Shown here: positions 50,348 through 60,633 of the stretch, in pieces
Layout of the letters: the number at the start of each line of letters is the position of its first letter
Position numbering within the stretch: the first letter of the stretch is position 1
Assembly: GCA_050011875.1 (NCBI GenBank)
Contig: JBEKIG010000011.1
Span: forward strand, 1-64,000
Direction: 5' to 3'
From: Nitrososphaeria archaeon
Lineage (GTDB): Archaea > Thermoproteota > Nitrososphaeria > JACIWG01
Length of the DNA: 64,000 nt
Notes under the pieces: model-generated
What the model saw: only the letters and a program-made list of their open reading frames with translations
What the model was told of the DNA's origin: nothing
Databases searched by the model: none
Translations under genes and position numbers: made by a program

Positions 50348-51118
50348 TTATTCAGGCTCTTCGTGTATGTCTATCCTTGAGACGTTTGGATATTCGCTTC
50401 TTACAGCTTTCTCGATTTCATTAGATATCTCATGAGCTTTTTCCAAACTGATCCCTGGATCGAAATGGCAGTGCAGGACTAAATGTAAATTGCCTCCTAT
50501 TCTGCGGACTTCAATATCGTGCACTTTCTTGACTTCCGGAAAACGTTTTGCTACATGTTCAATGTACAATTCCAGTTCCGCGTCGACCCCTATCATTTCC
50601 ATAGATATCCTATCCGATGCTGATTCAATGTGGACAGTTATATCTTCAAAACCTAGGTTTAATGCTCTTATCCTTTTCTCAACCTCTTCTGATATGTCGT
50701 GAGCCTGTTTGATAGTAATGTTAGCGCTCACTTCAAGGTGAAAGTCTACGAGCAATTTTCCATTTATCTTTTGGATATGAATATTGTGCACTCCCCTCGA
50801 GCCGGGAACTCCTTCTGCTGTTTCTTTTATGATCATCCATATATTTTCGTGAACAATTTTTAGCGGTTGTGTGTTGACCGTAACTCTTGAATTAGGAATA
50901 ATATTTTTTACTTCTCTTTCAATATTTAATGCAATTCGATGAGCCTCTTCGAGCTCTAAATTACTGTCAAGCCAAACATTTATCGAAATGTCATACCTTT
51001 TTCCTGTAATTCGAACTCTCGGTTGGTCACAGCCTCTAACCTCCTTTATCGACTCCACCCTTTTCTTAACTATTTTTGATATTTCTTCGCTAGAGCGTTC
51101 TATTAAAGGGAGTGGCAA
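50348..51118 (-). CDS. Stand-alone protein of three cation-efflux (CDF) C-terminal dimerisation domains
   Basis: Three repeats of ...L.(E/Q/K)AH.I...IE..V....V.(V/I)H.EP-type units; no TM segments. Confidence 0.75.
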   Translation of the reverse strand: MPLPLIERSSEEISKIVKKRVESIKEVRGCDQPRVRITGKRYDISINVWLDSNLELEEAHRIALNIEREVKNIIPNSRVTVNTQPLKIVHENIWMIIKETAEGVPGSRGVHNIHIQKINGKLLVDFHLEVSANITIKQAHDISEEVEKRIRALNLGFEDITVHIESASDRISMEMIGVDAELELYIEHVAKRFPEVKKVHDIEVRRIGGNLHLVLHCHFDPGISLEKAHEISNEIEKAVRSEYPNVSRIDIHEEPE

Positions 51119-51230
51119 TATTTATTCTCCGTAGAATATGTACCTTTTAGTGTATATTTAATTATATCATAAAATTTTTTTAATGTTGTAATAATGATTC
51201 AGGACTAAAAGAAAGGTTTTTCAAAGAAGG

Positions 51231-51794
51231 TTACTTCATTGCTTCTTGGAATATATCATGTATTCTTTCTCCTGTCTTAATAAGGTTGTCTCCCCTTTTT
51301 CTGTCGAACAAGATAAAGAGGATATTCAGATAATTGCAGTCATCACTGTACTCTTGCCGGTCGTCCACTAAAACGAAATTGTTTTTGTCTGATTCTTTGT
51401 CGATTATATACTTTAACTGGCGTCTTTTAGCCCCGAAGTTATCCCTGGAAAGAGCTTCTCTTAAATAAGGTCTTAAATTATATTTATCTATGAAGATATT
51501 TAGAGCTTTCTTAGACTGCATTGAGGCTATGTAAACTGGACCTTTAAAAGATTTGATCGCGGGTTTAATGTCATCAAATAATTGGGCTTTATGAATCACT
51601 TTTAATTCTTGTTCCTCTAATATTTTGCTGGATAGATCAAACATTTCTGTTCCGTAACAGTCTTCCAAAAAGGTGATCACATCTTCAATATCATGGCCTG
51701 CAATCTCAGAAGTCCTTTTATATACAAGCTTCCAGTCAACGTCTAAATCTGTTATCACACCGTCCAGGTCCAATATTAAAATCGTCTTCTTCAT
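51231..51794 (-). CDS. HAD superfamily hydrolase
   Basis: LDLDGVIT motif I, S motif II, K motif III, VDD...D motif IV. Confidence 0.8.
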   Translation of the reverse strand: MKKTILILDLDGVITDLDVDWKLVYKRTSEIAGHDIEDVITFLEDCYGTEMFDLSSKILEEQELKVIHKAQLFDDIKPAIKSFKGPVYIASMQSKKALNIFIDKYNLRPYLREALSRDNFGAKRRQLKYIIDKESDKNNFVLVDDRQEYSDDCNYLNILFILFDRKRGDNLIKTGERIHDIFQEAMK

Positions 51795-51972
51795 TCTAAA
51801 GCTCTCCTAGTTCAAGTTTGTACAACCCCACTACTTTATGAAAGAGTCATAAATGTTTTGCTACAAAATACAATTAGAAGTACAACTTATTAAAGAGCAT
51901 TAATAATCTGTTTATGTACAATGCTTAATTGTAGGGATGAATTGCGTCGGCGCTTCTTAACCATCTTCCCTG

Positions 51973-52419
51973 CTATTGTCCTTTTGCTAAACTCTTTAAG
52001 ATATCTAGTCTTTTCTTAGCCTTTTTGTTTGAGTTTAAAAGTATCTGGTTCGCTTCTCCTGAAATATGCGAAATCTTCCCTGCAACATCAGTATATAATT
52101 GGGATATCTGTTCTTCTATAATTGTCGCCTTATCAATTGCTGTGATTTGTCTGTTTAAAGTCGTGTCATCTATTCTTTTTAAAAATTTTTCAATTTCCAT
52201 TCCTGATATCGGCTCAAGTGTGAACTCCACTATTGTTTCCCGTTTTGTCGTCTCAATCTTTGTCGCTGTGTCTTGATGCTCCTTTGAAAAAATTTGAAAA
52301 TAGTTCGATAGCTCCCCTCCAGTTCCTATTCTTGAGTTAGCGTAAAAATTCCCAGCCCGTACTTCAATATCTATGAGCTTATTCAGTAAAGAACTCATAG
52401 TATACCTTTCTTCGTCCAT
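51973..52419 (-). CDS. Ferritin/rubrerythrin-like helical protein
   Basis: IEVRAGNFY...KEH...EEQISQLY; RETIVEFTLEPI segment; abuts the mmsA stop. Confidence 0.55.
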   Translation of the reverse strand: MDEERYTMSSLLNKLIDIEVRAGNFYANSRIGTGGELSNYFQIFSKEHQDTATKIETTKRETIVEFTLEPISGMEIEKFLKRIDDTTLNRQITAIDKATIIEEQISQLYTDVAGKISHISGEANQILLNSNKKAKKRLDILKSLAKGQ

Positions 52420-52420
52420 C

Positions 52421-53899
52421 CTACCATCTTTCGATGACTACCTTTTTGTCGGTGAAGAAATCTACACAATCAATCTGTCCGTGTAATGTTCCAAAGAAGG
52501 AGTCTCTTCTTCCACCGAAGGGAAAGAACGCCATTGCTGCAGCTATACCTATATTTATTCCGATGTTTCCTGCGTTTGCCTGTCTCCTAAACTCCCTTGC
52601 GTTCTTACCGTTTTTAGTGAAGAGACACGCTGCGTTACCGTAGCTTGTCTTACAGTTTATCATGTCGAGCGCCTCACGCAGATTTTTGGCTCTGATTATT
52701 GATGCTACTGGACCAAATATTTCTTCTCTAGCGATCGTCATATCGGGTGTCACATCATCGAACACGCTGCCTCCTAGAAAGTATCCATTAGGGTAATCCG
52801 GAACTTTTGGATTTCTCCCATCAAGTGTCAGTTTAGCACCTTCGTCGACACCTTTTTGTATGTAGCTCGTTATTCGTTCCTTAGATCTTTTAGTGACTAC
52901 AGGGCCCATTTCGATGGATTCGTCAAGTCCGTATCCAAGCCTCATCTTAGCAATCGCCTGGACAAAACGATCGCTAAGTTTTTCGTGCATGCCCCCTATC
53001 AGAACCAAGTTCGATCCAGATAGACACCTTTGACCTGTGTTACCAAAGAATGAGGGCATTAGAGCTTGGATTGTCTTATCTACGTCAGCATCCTCATCAA
53101 CCACAACATAGTTCTTCGCACCCGCTTGACATATGGCCCTTTTACCATACTCTCCCGCAAGCTTGTAGACCTGTTTTGCGACAGGTGTTGAGCCGACAAA
53201 GCAGACCCCTCTAGTGTGCGGACTCGTTGTGATGGCTTCGCTTACATCTTTCCCTCCGTGAACGAGGTTAAAAACCCCCTCTGGGAATCCTACCTCATCA
53301 AAGGCATTCAGAGCCCATTGCATAGGTAACGGTGTAATTTCACTTGGCTTTACAACAACTGTGCAGCCAACTGTTAACGCTATAGGAATAAACCAGAAGG
53401 GAGCAAGTGAAGGAAAGTTGAATGGACCTAAGATGCCAAACACACCCAACGGTTCTTTAACAAGTGTTTCGTCAATTCCTGTCGCGACCTGATCCAGATG
53501 CTCGCCCTTGGCAAGCGTATAAGAAATCGAACAAGCGGTTTCAATATTCTCCGTGAGCCTCCTAGTTTCTCCCCTTGCTTCATCAATTATCTTTCCATGA
53601 TTCTGAGTTGTTATCCTTGCAATATCTTCTATTCGCTTATCTATCATCTGCTTTAGCTTATAGATGTAACCTACTCTTGTAGTAATGGGTAATTCTCTCC
53701 ACTTTTCAAAAGCTTCCTCTGCGATCTTGATTGCATCATCAACCTCTTCTTTTTTGGAGAAAGGCACTTCAGCAATCGCTATGTCAAATGCGGGATTCAC
53801 AACCTTTTGATACTGCGACGTTTTAGATTCTACATATTCACCGTTTACGTAAAGAGGCAGTTTTCCATATTCACTTTTGACTTCCTGTAATAAAGTCAT
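52421..53899 (-). CDS. mmsA: CoA-acylating methylmalonate-semialdehyde dehydrogenase
   Basis: PFNFP, KPSE, FVGST, GAKN, GQRC (catalytic Cys), EEIFGP, YGN, FPFGG..DSFFG. Confidence 0.88.
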   Translation of the reverse strand: MTLLQEVKSEYGKLPLYVNGEYVESKTSQYQKVVNPAFDIAIAEVPFSKKEEVDDAIKIAEEAFEKWRELPITTRVGYIYKLKQMIDKRIEDIARITTQNHGKIIDEARGETRRLTENIETACSISYTLAKGEHLDQVATGIDETLVKEPLGVFGILGPFNFPSLAPFWFIPIALTVGCTVVVKPSEITPLPMQWALNAFDEVGFPEGVFNLVHGGKDVSEAITTSPHTRGVCFVGSTPVAKQVYKLAGEYGKRAICQAGAKNYVVVDEDADVDKTIQALMPSFFGNTGQRCLSGSNLVLIGGMHEKLSDRFVQAIAKMRLGYGLDESIEMGPVVTKRSKERITSYIQKGVDEGAKLTLDGRNPKVPDYPNGYFLGGSVFDDVTPDMTIAREEIFGPVASIIRAKNLREALDMINCKTSYGNAACLFTKNGKNAREFRRQANAGNIGINIGIAAAMAFFPFGGRRDSFFGTLHGQIDCVDFFTDKKVVIERW

Positions 53900-53987
53900 T
53901 TGTTATCCCACTTTCTGCTTTACGCTCTAATGTTAAAAACATACCTATCCGAGAATAAAAAAAGGGTAATCTGCGATATCAGATAGA

Positions 53988-55127
53988 CTATAGTGTTTCT
54001 CCGACTATTTCTAAGAGATCTTTTTCATCGAGTTCGACAATGTTGTTCTCTAGGTTTCTTTCAAATGAGAGCCCTTCTTGTACGATGATATTTTTCTCCC
54101 CCTCATTGATTCCGAGGTCTCCCAGCTTCTTAGCGATGCCGATTTGATCCAATGTCTCACGTATTTTCTTGATGAAATATTCTGCATCCTTTTGTTGGAA
54201 GCCACTAAGAAGAGCTAATTCTTCTAATCTTTTTCTGACATCTTCAATTTCATAAGATAAGATATGCGGGAGAAACATGATAGTCGCAACCCCATGAGGA
54301 ATATGATATTTTGAAGATAGGTAGTATCCTAGCGCGTGTGCCACTGTTGTTCCAGTAGTGTTTATTGCAGCACCTCCTAGACATGCAGCGTAAAGCATTT
54401 GTTCCTTGGCATCTTCTTCACCACCGTAGGCTTTGATGATGTTTTTGAAGGCGACCTTTGAAGCTTCTGCAGAGTAGAGGTCGGAGAAGGGTGAATGCTT
54501 TTTGCCTAGAAAGGATTCGACCGCGTGACAAAGAACATCGGATCCTGTTGAAGCAATCAAACTCGGAGGCAAAGGTTTTAATGTGTTCGCGTCCAATAGC
54601 GCAACCCTTGGAATAAGCGGATCACCTAGTATTGTCTTCTTCTTTTTGGAACTGTCTTCTGTTATAATTGCGTATTTTGTTACTTCACTACCTGTACCAC
54701 ACGTTGTAGGAACAGCTATTACTGGATACAATTCTTTTTCAACAACGTTTGGATAATAGTAATCTCCTATATTTCCTCCCAGCTTCGCTGCAAGGGAAAC
54801 AGCTTTAGCTGAATCGATGACGCTCCCACCACCGAAGGCTAAGATTTGATCACATCCGCTATCAAGGAAGATATCTAAAATCTTCTTCAGACCTTTTTCT
54901 GTTGGGCTTACTTCAACTTCATCGTACATGTATAGCGGAATTTCTTTTTCACTTATCTTATCTAATATATGTTCCGTAAAGCCATATTTTGTGGCAAAAT
55001 CACTCATAGTAATCAAGAAGACTTTTTTCCCGTACTGAGAGACGATTTCACCTATTTTTGATAGACCTTCTCTTCCGAAGAAGATCTTCGTTGGTAAATG
55101 ATACTGGAAGCTTTCCAAAAATATCAC
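53988..55127 (-). CDS. Iron-containing alcohol dehydrogenase
   Basis: GGGSVIDSAK, PTTCGTGSEVT, DVLCHAVES, AHAL...HIPHG. Confidence 0.92.
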   Translation of the reverse strand: MIFLESFQYHLPTKIFFGREGLSKIGEIVSQYGKKVFLITMSDFATKYGFTEHILDKISEKEIPLYMYDEVEVSPTEKGLKKILDIFLDSGCDQILAFGGGSVIDSAKAVSLAAKLGGNIGDYYYPNVVEKELYPVIAVPTTCGTGSEVTKYAIITEDSSKKKKTILGDPLIPRVALLDANTLKPLPPSLIASTGSDVLCHAVESFLGKKHSPFSDLYSAEASKVAFKNIIKAYGGEEDAKEQMLYAACLGGAAINTTGTTVAHALGYYLSSKYHIPHGVATIMFLPHILSYEIEDVRKRLEELALLSGFQQKDAEYFIKKIRETLDQIGIAKKLGDLGINEGEKNIIVQEGLSFERNLENNIVELDEKDLLEIVGETL

Positions 55128-55329
55128 ACAGTCCTAAGTCTTTAAGTTATTCGGTTAAAAATGTTATTAAGATCAATTAGAAGATCAGCTTCTGCTTGAC
55201 ATTTAGGGCCGATTTGAAAGCTCTTTAAACACATCTTTTATAAAACTGTATTCAGGTACCTACACTGTGAATTATCTCTTCCTTAATGAGTAGACTCATT
55301 TAATCGATTTCCATCTCACAACTGTTCCA

Positions 55330-56019
55330 TCAAATCTTAGATAAGAGATCTGAATATTTATCAATTCTTATTTTTTCCCCTTCTGGTTGTACCATCCAAG
55401 TCATCCAACAAAGTTCTATGGGCCTATATCCTGTCTTTAAGGCGATTTCTTCAATCTTTTTAACGAATTGAATGTTGTCTTCAACAGGTTTTTCCCCGGC
55501 TTTTCGCAGGATACCGTTTATTACCCTCTTTACTATCTTGTCAGGCATGACGGTGTCAACCCCACCCATCATTCTCAGATATTGGAAGGTGACTATTCCA
55601 ACGCCCTGTATTGCACCAATAGGATCTTTGTCCCATGTTTCTAGGCTAGCTTGTCCTGCCCATTTTCTAAGATTGGATCTATCATCACTGCCTAGAAGTG
55701 GTAGATAGGAGGAAATACCGTTTGCGATCGCCCAAGACCTCCTGTTACTCCATACAGTTCTTAATTCTTCTAAATCTGCTTTAACAAGATCCCTGAGGAT
55801 AATTATTCTACCGTTTCCAACGAACCTGTTATCGAACTCTTTGACCTTAGGAACTACTGCAGTAAAATAATTCAAGCCTATTGACGTGAACGCTGCGTCG
55901 ACGACCATCAGAATTACGTGACCACCCCATCTTTCAGTCCTAAGACATCTATCACAATATTCTTCTATCCCAGAAACCTTCTTCATGTGACTATCAATCA
56001 ACTTTTTTAATAGGTTCAT
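55330..56019 (-). CDS. Hypothetical protein with a helix-hairpin-helix (HhH-GPD-like) motif
   Basis: IGAIQGVGIVTFQYLRMMGG.DTVMPD; likely start ATG 56019. Confidence 0.6.
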   Translation of the reverse strand: MNLLKKLIDSHMKKVSGIEEYCDRCLRTERWGGHVILMVVDAAFTSIGLNYFTAVVPKVKEFDNRFVGNGRIIILRDLVKADLEELRTVWSNRRSWAIANGISSYLPLLGSDDRSNLRKWAGQASLETWDKDPIGAIQGVGIVTFQYLRMMGGVDTVMPDKIVKRVINGILRKAGEKPVEDNIQFVKKIEEIALKTGYRPIELCWMTWMVQPEGEKIRIDKYSDLLSKI

Positions 56020-56139
56020 TTGGAACACACCGATTGTCGAATTACAATATAAAATGCAACCTTGCATATATTATTGTTTCGTTCCTGTAGTCAGATTTTG
56101 CAAAAAACGCTATCTATGTCTAAGGTTATTTATTGTAAC

Positions 56140-56578
56140 ATGAATTTAGAGAGAAAGATACCAGAAAGCTTCAAAGAGATAACTAGAGACTCTTGCAAGA
56201 AATTCTCAGAGGCAAAGAAATTTCTTCTACACTAAATACACTGTATTTATGTCATCTGCCAAAGGTTACGAGCTAACAGACGTTGATGGCAATTTGTATA
56301 CAGATTTCATGAACAATTTTACAGTAATGGTCCACGGCCATAATCATCCAAAGGTCGTTAAAGCCGTTATGGAACAGATACTTCTTCTGACGCTTCCTGG
56401 ACCACTAACTGAAAAACAGATTAGGTTGGCTGAAGCTATGTGTGAACGGCTTAAGACGGTTAAGAAGATCCGTTTCTGTAACTCCAGAAGTGAGACCGCC
56501 ATGATGGCCGTAAGAGCTGCTTTAGCTCTCACTGGTAGGAAAAAGGTGTTATTGCATTTTTTTACATATCCTCTTTGA
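56140..56578 (+). pseudogene. Fragment of a class III aminotransferase (glutamate-1-semialdehyde aminomutase-like)
   Basis: ...FSEAKKFL (from 56140), then AKGYELTDVDGNLYTDF...HGHNHP...IRFCNSRSETAMMAVRAA..TGRKKV; truncated before the PLP lysine. Confidence 0.8.
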
Positions 56579-56615
56579 CTTAATGTTTATCTAATCGGCC
56601 CTAAAATTTATCTTT

Positions 56616-57413
56616 ATGCCCCATTCCATGGATGTTGAATTCATTTGTAAGGGTGGTTTTGGTAGTGAAGCAGATATAGATGTTGAACTGAGAAGGTTTT
56701 TTCCAGGTATAGGAGGCGACATCCGCACTTATCAGGCGTTACTTGTGGCTTTTAGAAAGGAGTTTAGCAGAACATTTAATGTCGGCCATAGGCTATTCCT
56801 TAGGCACACTATAATAAAGAAGTTTGAAGACTACTTTTTTAAAAAAGGTTTTTACCAGTACGCTCATATAACAAGACCTTTAGGTTCAAGCCAAGAAGGG
56901 TACATCTATGAATGGGCCTTTGGGAGCGACGTTTTCCCATGGGACGTAGTCAACGAATCCTACGAAAATGTTTCCGTGGAATTGGAGGATTGGGGAAATT
57001 TCATTGCCGCCTTCAACGAGGCAGGTATCAATTTGCAGAAGGATTGCACGAATCCAGACGATGGACGTATATCCCAGAACATCATACACCAGTTTCCCTT
57101 TGGGGTGGACTCTCACAGATCCAAATTAAACCGTTTGTGGAAGAGAATAGATTTTGGCGATAAGAGCGTTAACTTCGACTACAGCAGACTCGTTGAGTAT
57201 TTAGAAAAAAATAAAGTTGATATGAAGGAGAATCTCAGAGTAGGAAGATACGATATGATCGTGCTATCGTGTAAATATTTGATGAATGGCGAACATATGG
57301 ACCCCAAAGATTTGGGCGAACTCAATATTTTAGTGCGGGATTATAGACTTTCCACATTAGCCCATCTGAATACAAGGGGAGTCGAAAGTTCAAACGATGT
57401 GAGGTTGCTCTAA
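56616..57413 (+). CDS. Hypothetical protein, possibly a divergent protein-kinase-like fold
   Basis: Intact 265-aa ORF; GYIYEW, D...QNII and KRIDFG segments. Confidence 0.6.
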   Translation: MPHSMDVEFICKGGFGSEADIDVELRRFFPGIGGDIRTYQALLVAFRKEFSRTFNVGHRLFLRHTIIKKFEDYFFKKGFYQYAHITRPLGSSQEGYIYEWAFGSDVFPWDVVNESYENVSVELEDWGNFIAAFNEAGINLQKDCTNPDDGRISQNIIHQFPFGVDSHRSKLNRLWKRIDFGDKSVNFDYSRLVEYLEKNKVDMKENLRVGRYDMIVLSCKYLMNGEHMDPKDLGELNILVRDYRLSTLAHLNTRGVESSNDVRLL

Positions 57414-57584
57414 TTCTTTTTAAGGAAAAACAAGGAATTATCATGGTTCTCGGTTAATGTAAATCGGCTTCATTTGAAACTTGTTTTATAGTTACTAATC
57501 CTTTTCAATAGTTCCTTTTTTTAGTTTGTTGGTCTTCTCTACAACATTGAAAACTATAAAGAATACTGATGTTTTTCCGCAAAC

Positions 57585-58158
57585 ATGAAAAGGGCACTTG
57601 AATAATATAGGACAATCTTTCCCACACCTGCAGCACTTGTTACTTCTATAAGCGCCTCAGGAAAGCCGAATGTTGCAACTGCGGGTGAAGTCTACACGAT
57701 GTCCCTTGAACCACTTGTAACAGGGGTAGGTTTCAGACCCATTAGATATACACAAACTCTTGATAAGGGAGACTATGGAATTTGTCGTTAACCTGCCAAG
57801 CAAAAATCTTTTAGAGGCAATTGACTATTGTGGTATGGTTTCTGGAAGAAAAATTGACAAGTTCAAAAGAACTGGCCTAACGGCTGTTCCTGCTTCATAT
57901 GTGAGAGCACCTTTGATAAAGGAATGCCCTGTGAATATAGAGTGCAAGGTCAGAGCAATTTTAACCTTCGGATCACACGATATCTTTGTCGGAGACTCGC
58001 TAGCGATTCATGCGGATGATAAAATTATAGGATATGATGGCATTCCAGACATAGAGAAATTCGGAACCATATCCTTCGCCAATCAAAAATATTATCTTGT
58101 AGAAAAGTTACTCGGTAAGACTGGCTTCAGTCGTAATAAAAGATCTCTAAACACTTAA
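57585..58158 (+). pseudogene. Flavin reductase family protein with a nonsense codon and a frameshift
   Basis: ATG 57585; TAA at 57603; FPTPAALVTS...GKPNVAT; frameshift near 57755 into EFVVNLP...APLIKECPVNIEC...GSHDIFVG. Confidence 0.78.
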
Positions 58159-58211
58159 TTTGGGTCTTACTTAGGAAGATTAAAATAAAGGGTGAGGAAA
58201 TCGGTTAGTAA

Positions 58212-58955
58212 ATGCCTAAGGTTACTCTTAAGAATGTATCAAAAAGATTTGGTAAAGTGTTAGCAGTCGATAACTTGAGCTTGGATGTTGAAGACGGTGA
58301 ATTGTTTGCAATTGTCGGCCCCAACGGTTGTGGAAAGACCACAGTTCTTAGGATTATCGCAGGTCTAATTGAGCCTGATGAAGGTGACATCTATTTAGAT
58401 GATACTAGGGTCAATAACCTTCCCCCTGTTAAAAGGGGCGTTAGGATGGTCTTCCAAGATTATGCTTTATACCCCCACATGAAGGTGTATAAGGAGGACA
58501 AAAATTCAAACCTATCATTTGCGTTAAAGATAAGGAAGTACCTACCTGAAAATATTAAGAAAAGTGTTGAACAAATAAGTGCTAAAATAGGGATCAGTAA
58601 GGAACTTTATTCTAGACGACCGAAGGAACTGTCTGCAGGTCAGCAGCAGAAGGTCGCCATCGGAAGAGCCATTACCTTACCACCTAAAGTTTTCTTACTT
58701 GATGAACCATTAGCTCATTTAGACCCGCCAGCTCGACTTAAGATCAGGGACGAAATAAAATCCCTTCATAAAGAAATGAAGGTTACGACGATCTACGTTA
58801 CAAATGATCTTCCTGAAGCTTTTGCAGTAGCAGAAAGGCTTGCCGTGCTGAAGGAGGGAAAGGTAATTCAAGTGGGTGGACCCCACGAAGTCTACGAGCA
58901 TCCCGCTAACGATTTTGTTTCAGACTTCCTTAAAGCCTACGAAATATTTCGCTGA
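58212..58955 (+). CDS. ABC transporter ATP-binding protein (MalK-like, lacking the C-terminal regulatory domain)
   Basis: GPNGCGKT Walker A, LSAGQQQ signature, LLDEP Walker B; H-switch reads VTND; no permease genes adjacent. Confidence 0.85.
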   Translation: MPKVTLKNVSKRFGKVLAVDNLSLDVEDGELFAIVGPNGCGKTTVLRIIAGLIEPDEGDIYLDDTRVNNLPPVKRGVRMVFQDYALYPHMKVYKEDKNSNLSFALKIRKYLPENIKKSVEQISAKIGISKELYSRRPKELSAGQQQKVAIGRAITLPPKVFLLDEPLAHLDPPARLKIRDEIKSLHKEMKVTTIYVTNDLPEAFAVAERLAVLKEGKVIQVGGPHEVYEHPANDFVSDFLKAYEIFR

Positions 58956-59009
58956 GTATAATATCACTTTCTAAGCCCACAGGAAACCAATATACATAAA
59001 TAACGTAAT

Positions 59010-59405
59010 GTGGAATTTGATTACATGGATCGAAATTCGATTGAAGTCGTTATTGAACCATACCATAAGATAATTGTGCACGAGATAGTAGAATATAGAC
59101 TCAGCGACTGGGTTAACATTATCATTACTGAAATAAAGTCGCTGGGCGGAAGTATGCCAACCCTCTTCTGGTGCAACGGAGTTGTGTTCCAGTCAGTGCA
59201 GTTCAATACAAACAGCGAGACGGTGATAAAGCAGCAATTGAATGGCATAATCCATTATAGTTCGGTGACATTTGCGCTTAAAGAAAAGTTCCAGAACGAA
59301 ATTAGGACGGACAAGGGAATGATACTTCTTGTAGATGTGAGCGCCAATATAAACTTGGTCAAACTCGCTGAAGTTCTGAAAGGTTATTCCAAGCTTAAAG
59401 AGTAA
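59010..59405 (+). CDS. Conserved-looking archaeal hypothetical protein
   Basis: Intact 131-aa ORF (EPYHKIIVHE, LFWCNGVVF, IHYSSVTFA). Confidence 0.6.
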   Translation: MEFDYMDRNSIEVVIEPYHKIIVHEIVEYRLSDWVNIIITEIKSLGGSMPTLFWCNGVVFQSVQFNTNSETVIKQQLNGIIHYSSVTFALKEKFQNEIRTDKGMILLVDVSANINLVKLAEVLKGYSKLKE

Positions 59406-59423
59406 AAAATCTTGAGTTTCTAC

Positions 59424-59497
59424 TTACCTTCTTATAGGGAACTTGACTGCGAATATTGTTCCCTGTTCTCTTGACTTTCTACCGATATTGTTCCATT
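59424..59497 (-). pseudogene. Tiny C-terminal remnant of a histidine kinase HATPase domain
   Basis: NGTISVESQE, then frameshifted QGTIFAVKFPIRR*, resembling the G3-box end (GGTISVES..GKGTTF.V.LP). Confidence 0.4.
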
Positions 59498-59614
59498 CTG
59501 AGACTCGGTAAGCCTTATCCTCTAACTACCCTAATATCTATAGAAGAAACGGCGGTATCCTCCCTTTCTTTCCTTACACTATTTCTATTGTTCAAAAATT
59601 TTCATCTACTCTAA

Positions 59615-60553
59615 TCATTTTAGTTCTTTGTGAACTTTGGTATGAAAAATTTTGAACCAGTTAAATCCAAACTCCTCCATTTGCTTCAAATACTTATCGT
59701 TGCCCTTTGGCATAAGGTCTGCGCGATAATGAAGACTAAAATAATACTGAGCTGCATTAATGTAACCCTGTTTTCCAATTAGATCAAGACACTTTTTAGC
59801 AAATTTATCATTTTGAACTTTTCGGCAGACTTTTTCAACGGTCTTAAGGCGTTCATCAGTTGTCTTTACCTTAATGTTCTCATATTTGTGAGCGAAGGCC
59901 TCTATAAGCTCTTTATCAGTCAATTCAACGTACTCTTCAGAGTGAACGATAACGTCAACATCAAGCTTCCTCTGTGGCAAAGGCTTGCTGCGGGGGTATC
60001 CGAGGCAGACAAGAACAACGGGAAAGACCTTATCAGGTAACTTAATCATCTCTCTTATCTGGGAAAAACATTCTAATACGGAACCGATATAGACAGAACC
60101 TAGACCCAACGAATCTGCAGCTGTACAGACGTTCTGAGCACATATTATAGTGTCTTGGAACGATACCCAGAAATGCCTAAAAGAGGACGCAGCAGTAAAG
60201 GGCGCAGCCTCAAGATCAGCCCATCTTTCAAGACGATGGAAATCAACACAAAAAATCAGCAAAACTGGTGCTTTGGCAATAAAAGCCTGCCCACACAACC
60301 TCGTCAATTCCTTCCTTTTTTCCCCCTCTATCTTTACAATAGAATAAGGTTGAAGATTGCCTGCAGAAGCAGAATGGGTTCCAGCTTTGAGAATAAGCCT
60401 CAAAATATCCTCAGGGACTTTTTTATCTAAGAAGTCACGGACACTAGCCCTCTCGAAGAGAATCTTCATGGTCCTGTTTGGATAATCATCAGCAAACTCA
60501 TCCTTATTCTGAGACAACTTTCCATCATAGCTTAAGAATGGTTTATCCGCCAT
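59615..60553 (-). CDS. Nitroreductase family protein (NfsA/FRP-like)
   Basis: RASVRDF, SASAGNLQPYS, AQNVCTAADSLGLGSVYIG, LGYP. Confidence 0.9.
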   Translation of the reverse strand: MADKPFLSYDGKLSQNKDEFADDYPNRTMKILFERASVRDFLDKKVPEDILRLILKAGTHSASAGNLQPYSIVKIEGEKRKELTRLCGQAFIAKAPVLLIFCVDFHRLERWADLEAAPFTAASSFRHFWVSFQDTIICAQNVCTAADSLGLGSVYIGSVLECFSQIREMIKLPDKVFPVVLVCLGYPRSKPLPQRKLDVDVIVHSEEYVELTDKELIEAFAHKYENIKVKTTDERLKTVEKVCRKVQNDKFAKKCLDLIGKQGYINAAQYYFSLHYRADLMPKGNDKYLKQMEEFGFNWFKIFHTKVHKELK

Positions 60554-60633
60554 TTTACCAAAATGAACGATATAATGACCGTATTTAAGGCTTGTAACCT
60601 TCTACCAATAGGGAAGACCTGCAAAGCATAATT

